From: Nostoc sp. PCC 7120 = FACHB-418
GTDB lineage: Bacteria; Cyanobacteriota; Cyanobacteriia; Cyanobacteriales; Nostocaceae
Reading direction: 5' to 3'
NCBI RefSeq assembly: GCF_000009705.1
Contig: NC_003272.1
Location: 2,850,001-2,882,000 of the forward strand
Length of the DNA: 32,000 bases
In this document: positions 1-7,989 of the stretch, piece after piece
Layout: every line of letters starts with the position of its first letter
Position numbering within the stretch: position 1 is the stretch's first letter
Translations under genes and position numbers: made by a program
Notes under the pieces: model-generated
What the model was told of the DNA's origin: nothing
The model's database searches: none
What the model saw: only the letters and a program-made list of their open reading frames with translations

Positions 1-84
1 CCTAATCTCAAAATTTATGTTGCTAGTTGATGAGCAATCAGCATCTACGTACATTAGTTGCGCTAGCCAACAGGTGTTTCTTGA

Positions 85-222
85 GGACTTACGGATGGCA
101 ACGAAAAGCTAAAGGATTCAGGAGTATGGTGGTATAGGCGGCTAGTTAGCTTCACCAAAGGAGGTATAGGTGTTTAAAAACTTGATACCTTCCCAAAGTG
201 AGGAGTTTCGTTGCCTAAGTCC
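85..222. repeat. Palindromic three-stem element (MITE-like dispersed repeat or structured RNA)
   Basis: GGACTTA (85-91) plus GGCAACGAAA (97-106) is the reverse complement of TTTCGTTGCC (206-215) plus TAAGTCC (216-222). There are two internal hairpins: AGCTAA 107-112 / TTAGCT 146-151, and GGAGGTAT 160-167 / ATACCTTCC 185-193. No ORF. Confidence 0.45.
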
Positions 223-559
223 TATTCCGTTAAGAGGGTGATACAAGTCACAAGCTGATATTATCAAAATCTCAAGTATCAATGGGGTAATGAACGTTAC
301 AGTTGTGGGTAATGGGGAGTGTGACTATGTAGAGTTTTTCATCAGGTAATGAGCAATAACTATAAAACCAACGAAATAGTCCGAGTTTGCAGCGACAAAA
401 GTACGAGGAAAGTTGTCATGATGACTGTTTTACTAAATTTAGAAGCGATCGCTCAGGTACTTCTGACAAATATTTCGTCACTGCAAGTGCTATCGTTGTT
501 ATTAATTACTCAATAGCTGAAGATTTGACATGACTAGCTTTAATTTAAAGTAGCTAACA

Positions 560-916
560 ATGTCATACTTAGTAGTATCAACAGATAAAGTTCGCCCTAA
601 TAACGCGTTTCAACGTGTATACAGTATGGAAACTACTTCAAATATAATTCCCGAATTTGAAAAATTATTTAGACAAAAGTTACAATTAAATAATTGCAAG
701 CTGAAAAAGAAAAAGCAAGAGAATAATTACGAGATTATTACTCCGGCGAAAGATATTTTTCTGATGTATTGGTGCGAATTTCCCGAAATTACGTTAGTAT
801 ACCAACCTGTAGGAATACGTACAAAGCAAACTATGGTTTATGAGCAAGCTATTCGCTCTCATATTAGCTTTTGTGTAAGCAGTATCCAAGAAGGCGCCAA
901 GATTTCTACCAACTAG
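560..916 (+). CDS. Hypothetical protein (real start may be the internal Met at 626, METTSNII...)
   Basis: ORF track only. No recognisable motif. AT-rich, Lys-rich stretch. Confidence 0.3.
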   Translation: MSYLVVSTDKVRPNNAFQRVYSMETTSNIIPEFEKLFRQKLQLNNCKLKKKKQENNYEIITPAKDIFLMYWCEFPEITLVYQPVGIRTKQTMVYEQAIRSHISFCVSSIQEGAKISTN

Positions 917-989
917 ACTGAGGAATGGCGATCGCTCACCGTAGGCGATCGTCAAATCCAAACAAAGCCTCAATGGATAACTCAAATTT

Positions 990-1024
990 TATAAAAAAAG
1001 ACAGAATAGTTTGACATTCTGTCT
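990..1024 (-). terminator. Rho-independent terminator downstream of trxA
   Basis: The 9-bp stem AGACAGAAT (999-1007) / ATTCTGTCT (1016-1024) is followed on the minus strand by a U-run (A-run 992-999 on plus). Confidence 0.6.
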
Positions 1025-1151
1025 GTATTAATATTCTTTGGTGATTATTAAAATTCATTAATAATCATTTCTCACTGCAACAATGCTATAACAACTTTAA
1101 CAATACCTGGTCAATACCACAGCACTTGTTTTACCAATACTCAAAAACAAG

Positions 1152-1478
1152 CTAAATAAGCTTTTCCACTGCTCCACTAAACTGTTCATAAGGAGAAACT
1201 CCCACAATCTTTTCTGTTAACTCACCATCTTTAAAAATTAACACGGCTGGAATACTGCGAAGTCCAAACCTTTTGAAGAGAGGTTTATTGTTGTCTACGT
1301 CTACCTTAACCACTTTAACGCGGCCTTTGTACTCATCAGCTAGTTGATCCATTAACGGACTGACAAGGCGACATGGGCCACACCAAGTAGCAGTAAAGTC
1401 AACTACAACGACTTTATCTTCACTTAAAACGGTATCAAATTCATTTTCTTGAACGTAAGCAACTGTATCAGTAGGCAT
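1152..1478 (-). CDS. trxA: Thioredoxin
   Basis: WCGPC active-site motif and typical thioredoxin length (108 aa from ATG at 1478). The track ORF begins at an upstream TTG (1499). Confidence 0.9.
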   Translation of the reverse strand: MPTDTVAYVQENEFDTVLSEDKVVVVDFTATWCGPCRLVSPLMDQLADEYKGRVKVVKVDVDNNKPLFKRFGLRSIPAVLIFKDGELTEKIVGVSPYEQFSGAVEKLI

Positions 1479-1755
1479 TAATTTTATTTCCAATATCAAA
1501 CTAAAATTTTTGTAAACAGAAGAAGATGAAAGTATGATTGTTTCTGTGTTGATACAGTTAGTTGTTCACCACAGATACCTGATCAAGAACCTTGTCATCA
1601 GTTCTTGATACCTTACTAGTAAAAATCTTGAAACACAGATATTAAAAGATATTACAATATGAGTATTTCCTTTAATTCTTGTGGAAGTGTTTCATTAAGG
1701 CTAATTACGAGATTTATATCTTTTATATAGATATACTCTCCTGAAATAAACAATT

Positions 1756-1785
1756 AGCGCTCTACGCAACAAAGCATAGAGCGCT
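1756..1785 (-). terminator. Stem-loop just downstream of the infC stop (terminator candidate)
   Basis: 9-bp stem AGCGCTCTA (1756-1764) / TAGAGCGCT (1777-1785). On the minus strand it is followed by AATTGTTTATTT. Confidence 0.45.
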
Positions 1786-1801
1786 GAGAGTATTTTAAGC
1801 T

Positions 1802-2293
1802 TTAAGCGGGCATAATTTGAACAATGAGCGAGCGTTTATCAAGTGACTGGACTTTTCCTACTTGACTCAGATCAGTCACAATGCGTTCTAGCATTTGTCC
1901 GGCTTGTTCTCGATATTGATTTTCCCGACCCCGTAAACGAATAGCAAATTTAACGGAATCACCTTTACTCAACCACTGAAGCGCTTGCTCAATACGTAAA
2001 TTATAATCAGCCGCACCAACGTTGGGGCGGAATCGGACTTCTTTGACGGTGGGTCTAGCACTTTGACCCTGGCGTTTTTTCTTCTGATACTGTAGCTTAC
2101 CGTAGTTAAGAATTTTCGCTACTGGAGTGTCTTTGCTTTGCGAAACTACAACTAGGTCAAGCTCTACACTCTGGGCTAATTGTAGAGCTTCGTAGGTATC
2201 GATTAAACCACGATTGTTATTCTCATGGTCAATCAAGAAGACCTGGGGTGACTTGATTTGGGAATTAATCAGCTGCTTTTGGACTACGATAAT
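1802..2293 (-). CDS. infC: Translation initiation factor IF-3, with an inferred ATT start codon
   Basis: The tracked part aligns with the IF-3 N and C domains. The conserved N-terminal INSQIKSPQVFLID lies upstream of the tracked TTG. The in-frame TAG at 2303-2305 is followed only by GAG GAA GCG ATT ATC..., with no ATG/GTG/TTG. AGGAGGA lies 4 nt upstream of the ATT at 2291-2293. Confidence 0.85.
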   Translation of the reverse strand: MIVVQKQLINSQIKSPQVFLIDHENNNRGLIDTYEALQLAQSVELDLVVVSQSKDTPVAKILNYGKLQYQKKKRQGQSARPTVKEVRFRPNVGAADYNLRIEQALQWLSKGDSVKFAIRLRGRENQYREQAGQMLERIVTDLSQVGKVQSLDKRSLIVQIMPA

Positions 2294-2528
2294 CGCTTCC
2301 TCCTAATTTTCAATGCTCTGTCTTGCAAGTATTACTAAGGTAACACAGTACTATCTATATTGTTTACTATAAAATATTACTTCATCACTTTCGTTAAGAC
2401 TTTTACCAAAAGGTTGATTTTTTTAATGTAAAATGAATTATTTTTACTATTGACTATTTATGAATATTTTATGTTGAGTCTTTTATTTATTTTGATTGTT
2501 AAGATGTGGTTAATATCATAATACGAGA

Positions 2529-2801
2529 ATGCAGGTTATGGTTAGGCAAAATTTTGAGAACACATTGGCTGCTATCGAGTTAAATGCAGCGAGAAAATTA
2601 AATTGGAACTATCAGCAATTTAAAGACTGTTTCAGCTTTAAAGTCAATAATGAAGCGATTGAGATAGAACACGATCAAACTGCCATCAAAGAACCAGAAT
2701 TAGAAATTTTAAAGCAAGCTTTATTAGATTATGGTTTTCAATACAAAAAAACCATAAATGATTTTATCTTGGTGTTTGAGCAAGACGTTGAGTTAAGATA
2801 G
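2529..2801 (+). CDS. Hypothetical protein, 90 aa
   Basis: ORF track only. No motif recognised. Confidence 0.4.
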   Translation: MQVMVRQNFENTLAAIELNAARKLNWNYQQFKDCFSFKVNNEAIEIEHDQTAIKEPELEILKQALLDYGFQYKKTINDFILVFEQDVELR

Positions 2802-2946
2802 GGCAAAATCAAAATAATGGGCTTTCAGCATTTATTTATGGGATGTTACATCTTGATTTTATTGCTAGCACAATGAATGTGTGACTTTCTCCACGGTTTT
2901 TGATGTTAACTCCACGATGCTAAAAGCTTATCTGAGAAAGCTAAAT

Positions 2947-3057
2947 AATTCAAAACACCCTACGGGTTTGTGGTAACTCGTTCTCGTACCACTACGCGGA
3001 AGCAAGGTACGCCGAGAGTCCCGTAGGGAAGAGTAGGCAAGCCTACAAAATTCAAAA
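2947..3057. mobile_element. MITE-like 93-bp insert flanked by 9-bp direct repeats
   Basis: AATTCAAAA occurs at 2947-2955 and 3049-3057. Internal inverted repeat CCCTACGGG (2958-2966) / CCCGTAGGG (3020-3028). Palindrome GTAGGCAAGCCTAC at 3033-3046. Confidence 0.5.
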
Positions 3058-3121
3058 TGAAAGAGATTAATAACACTAAGCATCCTAGCTTTCAGGATTA
3101 TGCAATTAAAAATACTTTATC

Positions 3122-3298
3122 TTACTCATCTTCGTTTCCTGGTGGACGTTCGCTCCGGCTTTGTTGAGCGTGCCACTCCAAAACAATGCGTTCCAGCATC
3201 TCAATATGCGTGCATCCGTTAACAGTAGCATACATCTTGATTAACTGTTCTACTTCAGGACTAATGTGACTTATGTCTAGTTTGTAATTTTCTTTCAT
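3122..3298 (-). CDS. Small protein with a ribbon-helix-helix-like pattern (58 aa from ATG 3298)
   Basis: TAAGGAA lies before the ATG. The pattern YKLDISHIS (strand), PEVEQLIKMYATVNG (helix) and THIEMLERIVLEW (helix) resembles CopG/Arc-type RHH. Confidence 0.45.
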   Translation of the reverse strand: MKENYKLDISHISPEVEQLIKMYATVNGCTHIEMLERIVLEWHAQQSRSERPPGNEDE

Positions 3299-3440
3299 GT
3301 TCCTTAACTGCACTAGGAAATTCTATGTGTAGCGAGCGGGAGAGAAGTGCAAGTTCAAATAATTACTACTTAAAGCAGTCACCCGAATTTAACTAGATAA
3401 TGTTTAGCGATCGCTAGAATATTTTCCCTAAAAAGCCAAC

Positions 3441-3854
3441 CTATTGTAAGTTATCTGTGTTTATTGTTTGACTACTTTCCAATGATGTAAATACATCATT
3501 ACTTAATACTTCTTTAGTAAAATATTTTAAGGTTGAAGCTAAAGCCAGTTGGGAGGCTATTTGATAAGTAATTTCTGGAGACATTTCTTTTTGTTGATTC
3601 AACAGTTCAACAAAGCTTTCAAAGTCACGCATTACGCAATATCTGTGTAGTGCAGATTTTCTATCTATTTGATGAAATTTTTCGTCAATTTTCTCTTTAG
3701 CTTCTTTTTCAGCCTCAGAGATGGAATTAACGAATCCGTTATAGTGACATAATTCACCAGAAATCTTGTAGTAATAAGCTTTTCCGCTTAATTGTTCCTC
3801 TTCAATAGTAATTGAATGAAACTTGTACTCAATTTTGTACTTATTAGATTCCAT
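3441..3854 (-). CDS. Hypothetical protein, 137 aa
   Basis: ORF track. Sits 12 nt downstream of the preceding small ORF on the same strand. Confidence 0.5.
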   Translation of the reverse strand: MESNKYKIEYKFHSITIEEEQLSGKAYYYKISGELCHYNGFVNSISEAEKEAKEKIDEKFHQIDRKSALHRYCVMRDFESFVELLNQQKEMSPEITYQIASQLALASTLKYFTKEVLSNDVFTSLESSQTINTDNLQ

Positions 3855-3866
3855 AAATAGCAGACA

Positions 3867-4091
3867 TCATATAGTTTGACATAAGTTGTCTCCAAAATTA
3901 TGAGTACTTAGAGATGGAAATCCCGGAGACAAGCCTGTCAATAATAAAAGGTAAAAGCCTGTTAATATTAGCAACAAAAATTGTGACCGAATTTTATCCT
4001 TACTCCCCATTTTAACACGAGATTTAACAAGGCTACATAATCTCTCTCTGAGAGCCTGAGATATAAATTTTATGAGGATAGAGTATCTCAT
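3867..4091 (-). CDS. Small putative membrane protein (74 aa, or 47 aa from the internal Met)
   Basis: Hydrophobic stretch FLLLILTGFYLLLLTGL. Tight 12-nt spacing to the next ORF. Confidence 0.3.
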   Translation of the reverse strand: MRYSILIKFISQALRERLCSLVKSRVKMGSKDKIRSQFLLLILTGFYLLLLTGLSPGFPSLSTHNFGDNLCQTI

Positions 4092-4464
4092 TTGTAGTTT
4101 ATTTTGGAAATCAATAATTTAAGGAAATTTTTATGTAAAATCTGATTGATCTGTTTTAAATGCAGAGTAGATTAGGTAGGAATGTGTAGTTTACCAAGTC
4201 ATGCTGCAAAAATGGGTAATATTCCACTAGAAACAGACCAGCAGATGCGTAGTTAATCAATCACTCAAATAGAAGAATTAGCTGAGGCGTTGTTGAATTT
4301 CTCCATCTCAAGGGATTTGGCGAACTACTTGGCGAAGATCCCCCAATCTCCAGCCAACTCATAAAAATAGCCGATATGTAGCTATGCGATCGCCTGACAT
4401 AACACGACTCAACTACAATATATATAGATATTGTTGAGAATTGTATAGTTAGGGTCTAGCTGTC

Positions 4465-5484
4465 ATGGCTCCCGCCGTTTTAATTCAAAATCTACAAAAG
4501 CGTTACGGTACTGTTGAAGCCGTCAAAGATGTTTCTTTCCAGGTGGAACCAGGGGAAATCTTTGGTTTACTCGGCCCCAACGGTGCAGGTAAAACCACTA
4601 CTCTACGTGCTTTGTGTACCCTCACCACTCCAGATGCTGGCAAAATCGAGGTATCTGGTATTTCTGTGTTGGATAACCCCAGAGTAGCTAGACAACGGCT
4701 AGGCTATGTTGCTCAAGAAGTCGCTTTAGATAAAGTGCTAACAGGAAAAGAACTGCTGCAATTACAAGCAGCACTTTATCACCTTCCCAATGCCATAGCC
4801 AAACAGCGAATCGATACAGTTTTAGATTTACTCGGTCTACAAGAATACGCCAATAAAAAAACAGGAACCTATTCCGGTGGGTTACGCAAACGCCTAGACT
4901 TAGCGGCTGGCTTACTGCACTCGCCAGATGTACTGGTGTTAGATGAACCAACAGTAGGACTTGATATTGAAAGCCGTTTCGTGGTTTGGGAATTCTTGCG
5001 AAAACTCCGAGTATCGGGGACAACGGTTGTGATTACCAGCCACTATTTAGAAGAAATTGACGCGCTAGCCGATCGCGTGGCTATTATCGACCGTGGTGTA
5101 GTGATTGCCGTTGGTACACCTTCAGAGCTAAAAGATAGGGTTGGAGGCGATCGCATCACCTTAAGAATCCGCGAGTTCTCCCCCACAGCAGAAGCAGAAC
5201 AAGCTAAATCCCTACTGCAAGGATTACCTTTTGTCAAGGAAGTTATCATCAACAACGCTCAAGGTAATTCCTTGAACCTGGTAGTAACACCACAAAATGA
5301 TGCTTTAATAACCATCCAGCAAGCACTCAACAACGCCAGCCTACCAATTTTTGGTATCGCCCAATCCCGTCCCAGCCTCGATGATGTCTATCTAGCAGCC
5401 ACCGGACGCACCCTACTTGATGCCGAATTAGCAGCAGTAGCCAACCGCGATCCCAAGGCTGAGAAGAAACAGAATATGAGATAG
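4465..5484 (+). CDS. ABC transporter ATP-binding protein (ABC-2/DrrA-like)
   Basis: Walker A GPNGAGKTT, ABC signature YSGGLRKR, Walker B VLVLDEPT. Confidence 0.9.
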   Translation: MAPAVLIQNLQKRYGTVEAVKDVSFQVEPGEIFGLLGPNGAGKTTTLRALCTLTTPDAGKIEVSGISVLDNPRVARQRLGYVAQEVALDKVLTGKELLQLQAALYHLPNAIAKQRIDTVLDLLGLQEYANKKTGTYSGGLRKRLDLAAGLLHSPDVLVLDEPTVGLDIESRFVVWEFLRKLRVSGTTVVITSHYLEEIDALADRVAIIDRGVVIAVGTPSELKDRVGGDRITLRIREFSPTAEAEQAKSLLQGLPFVKEVIINNAQGNSLNLVVTPQNDALITIQQALNNASLPIFGIAQSRPSLDDVYLAATGRTLLDAELAAVANRDPKAEKKQNMR

Positions 5485-5596
5485 GGACTGGGTACTAGGT
5501 ACTGGGTACTGGGAGAAGATAAATAAATCTGATTCCTCATCCCCAACCCCCAACCCCCAATCCCCAACCCTCAATCCCCAATCCCCAATCCCCAAA
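5484..5596. repeat. STRR heptamer arrays as two near-complementary arms
   Basis: Left arm has 4 units of GGTACTG type (5484-5511). Right arm has 8 units of CCCCAA(C/T) (5541-5596). They are separated by a 29-nt AT-rich spacer. Confidence 0.9.
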
Positions 5597-5599
5597 ATT

Positions 5600-6487
5600 A
5601 TGAGTGTCACCCCCAAATCAGATATCAATTGGCAACCAGCCACATCACCGCAAACGAACCTTAATACTGCACCTAACTTTTTTGGTGATCTAGTGCAGGA
5701 AACCCTGGCGTTAACTCGTCGCTTGTTTATTCAATTACAACGCCGTCCCTCCACCTTATTAGCTGGGATTATTCAGCCTGTAATGTGGTTAGTGTTATTT
5801 GGCGCTTTGTTCCAAAATGCTCCCAAAGGTTTATTCGGCAGTACGACAAATTACGGACAATTCTTAGCTGCGGGTGTAATAGTATTTACAGCTTTTGCCG
5901 GGGCTTTGAATGCTGGTTTACCGATCATGTTTGACCGTGAGTTCGGCTTTTTGAATCGGTTATTAGTCGCTCCCCTCGCCTCCCGCTTTTCCATTGTCTT
6001 TGCTTCAGCTATTTTTATTGTCAGCCAAAGTTTACTGCAAGCTGCCGTAATCGTTGCTGCTGCGGCTTTCCTTGGCGCTGGCTTACCAGATGTAGCTGGG
6101 TTGGGTGCGATCGCTTTAATTGTCTTCCTACTCGCTTTAGGTGTCACCGCAATTTCCTTGGGATTGGCTTTTGCCCTACCCGGACACATCGAGTTAATTG
6201 CAGTCATCTTTGTCACCAACCTACCATTACTCTTTGCTAGTACAGCCCTCGCCCCTTTGTCTTTCATGCCCAAGTGGTTGCAGGTGGTTGCTACCCTCAA
6301 TCCCCTCAGCTACGCCATTGAACCAATTCGTTATCTCTATCTCCACAGTCAATGGGGATTGGGTGATGTAGTGATGCAGGCCTCTTGGGGTGATGTCACT
6401 TTTGGGGGAGCATTGCTAATATTGTTTAGCTTTGCTTTTGTTGCATTATTGAGTATTCAGCCCCAACTACGGCGGACTCTTGCTTAA
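5600..6487 (+). CDS. ABC-2 type transporter permease
   Basis: About six hydrophobic segments. Lies directly after the ABC ATPase. Length and layout are typical of ABC-2 permeases. Confidence 0.85.
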   Translation: MSVTPKSDINWQPATSPQTNLNTAPNFFGDLVQETLALTRRLFIQLQRRPSTLLAGIIQPVMWLVLFGALFQNAPKGLFGSTTNYGQFLAAGVIVFTAFAGALNAGLPIMFDREFGFLNRLLVAPLASRFSIVFASAIFIVSQSLLQAAVIVAAAAFLGAGLPDVAGLGAIALIVFLLALGVTAISLGLAFALPGHIELIAVIFVTNLPLLFASTALAPLSFMPKWLQVVATLNPLSYAIEPIRYLYLHSQWGLGDVVMQASWGDVTFGGALLILFSFAFVALLSIQPQLRRTLA

Positions 6488-6531
6488 AATCAAAGCAAGA
6501 TGGTGTTAGAGGAATCTTAGAGTCAAAACCC

Positions 6532-6921
6532 ATGAAAAAACTATTTTTACCAGTTAGCAAACTCTTAGTAGGATTAGCAGGAATCAGCTTTGCTTCCTTG
6601 CTGACAGCACAGCCAAGCTTGGCTCAACTCGGCACAGTAGATGCAGGCGGTAATAATTCGGACAATCAAAATAATAACCTTAACTTCGACTCTGGCAATT
6701 TCAATATGTTTGAGTTAATCCATCGGGCAAACTTAGGGAATGGCTCATTTGACGCTAATAGCCAGAGTCAACAAATAGACGATGCAGCTAGGGCATTTAG
6801 AGAAAGGCAAAATAAGGCTACTAATGTTCAGCCCCAGGGACAGATACTTCCCACGTTGCCTGTCACTGGAACACCATCAGCCGATAGTCCATCAACTTTG
6901 ACTATCCCTGGTAACAATTAA
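6532..6921 (+). CDS. Secreted Asn/Gln-rich protein of unknown function
   Basis: N-terminal signal peptide MKKLFLPVSKLLVGLAGISFASLLTAQPSLA. Sits 44 nt after the permease. Confidence 0.55.
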   Translation: MKKLFLPVSKLLVGLAGISFASLLTAQPSLAQLGTVDAGGNNSDNQNNNLNFDSGNFNMFELIHRANLGNGSFDANSQSQQIDDAARAFRERQNKATNVQPQGQILPTLPVTGTPSADSPSTLTIPGNN

Positions 6922-6927
6922 TCTAGG

Positions 6928-6978
6928 GAGTAGGGAGTAAGAGAAAAATCAAAAGTCATGACTCCTTACTCACTACTC
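6928..6978. terminator. Hairpin between convergent genes, built from heptamer-like repeats
   Basis: GAGTAGGGAGTAAGAG (6928-6943) is near-complementary to CTCCTTACTCACTACTC (6962-6978), with one mismatch and one bulge. It lies between the stops at 6921 and 6989. Confidence 0.5.
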
Positions 6979-6988
6979 AGCACTTAAC

Positions 6989-7426
6989 TTACAGTCCCAA
7001 AGCCGCTAAAACATCGCCAGCATGGGTTGTTGTGTTGACACTCGCATCAACATGAACAATTTTACCGTCGGGGCCAATTACGTAAGTGACACGCTTGGCA
7101 TAACCGCCGCCGTCAACATCGTAAGCGCTGATTAAGGTTTTATTCGTGTCAGCCAGCAAGGGAAAATTCAAATTATATTTTTGGGTAAATGCTTGATGAG
7201 AACCTTCATCATCAGCACTCACACCCAAAACAACTACATCCTTGTTTTTGTAATCAGATTGAGCATCACGGAAGCTACAAGCTTGTTTAGTGCAGCCTGG
7301 TGTATCATCTTTGGGGTAAAAATACAAAACCACTGTCTTCCCAGCAAAATCAGATAACGAAACGGTGTTACCGTTGGTATCTTTGACGGTAAATGCAGGT
7401 GCATCCGTACCAACCGCTAGAGGCAT
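6989..7426 (-). CDS. prxQ: Peroxiredoxin, BCP/PrxQ type
   Basis: FYPKDDTPGCTKQACSFRD active-site region. 145 aa. Confidence 0.9.
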   Translation of the reverse strand: MPLAVGTDAPAFTVKDTNGNTVSLSDFAGKTVVLYFYPKDDTPGCTKQACSFRDAQSDYKNKDVVVLGVSADDEGSHQAFTQKYNLNFPLLADTNKTLISAYDVDGGGYAKRVTYVIGPDGKIVHVDASVNTTTHAGDVLAALGL

Positions 7427-7582
7427 AATGAACCTTTCCTGTTTCAGATTTTTGATGACTTTGAAATTTTACAATAATTTACAATACTTTCATGACAATC
7501 TTAGGAAACTGGTGACTGGGAAAAATTCTTTTCCTGCCCAATTCCCAGTATTCAATTCTAATTACGAATCGAATTAAGAATT

Positions 7583-7987
7583 ATGCCTACAATGGTCTCC
7601 CCAACACCCAAAGCTTTCTCGTACCCACAAACCACCATAGAAAGAGCAAGGCGATCGCTCATTTGTTCTCCCTTCAATATTGGACTATTTGCAACCATGC
7701 GTAGTCAGAGCGTTTCCGTAGGTGCGATCGCCAATGAAACTGGTGTTAAAAACGGTTATACCAAAAATTCATTACCAGAATTGGTATGCGATAACGAATT
7801 AGATTGGTTAATCCAAGTGGGTTTATTACGGCGAGAAGTAGACGGACAAGGCATTACAGACGGTTTCCGCCTCACTCCTCTGGGACACCAACTTATAGAA
7901 AAATACCAAGGAAAAAACTTGCCTGCACCTTCCTGGCGCGATCGCCTATACGATATTGTAATTCGTTGGTTTCGGCTCCCCTTTTGA
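7583..7987 (+). CDS. Conserved hypothetical protein with a possible winged-helix segment
   Basis: ORF track. GLLRREVDGQGITDGFRLTPLG resembles a wHTH wing. The family assignment is not verifiable here. Confidence 0.55.
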   Translation: MPTMVSPTPKAFSYPQTTIERARRSLICSPFNIGLFATMRSQSVSVGAIANETGVKNGYTKNSLPELVCDNELDWLIQVGLLRREVDGQGITDGFRLTPLGHQLIEKYQGKNLPAPSWRDRLYDIVIRWFRLPF

Positions 7988-7989
7988 AT

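Noticed and set aside
2-112. A frame open from the left edge to TAA at 110-112, which could be the 3' end of a plus-strand gene.
   Set aside because: Only 36 codons are visible, with no motif, and the frame overlaps the palindromic repeat arm. It cannot be supported.
198-205. Minus-strand CTCCTCAC, similar to the conserved single-stranded motif of cyanobacterial Yfr1 sRNA, and not far from trxA.
   Set aside because: The architecture does not fit. There is no short 5' hairpin followed by a strong terminator, and the motif sits inside a larger palindromic element.
5428-5643. Tracked ORFs that run through repeat arrays or dispersed repeats (5428..5643, 7804..8001, 14712..14942, 19349..19591, 19646..19831, 19677..19940).
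   Set aside because: Their translations are low-complexity strings produced by the repeats (GDWGLRVGDWGLGVG, RSRSRQRLRS). They lack start contexts and overlap better-supported features.
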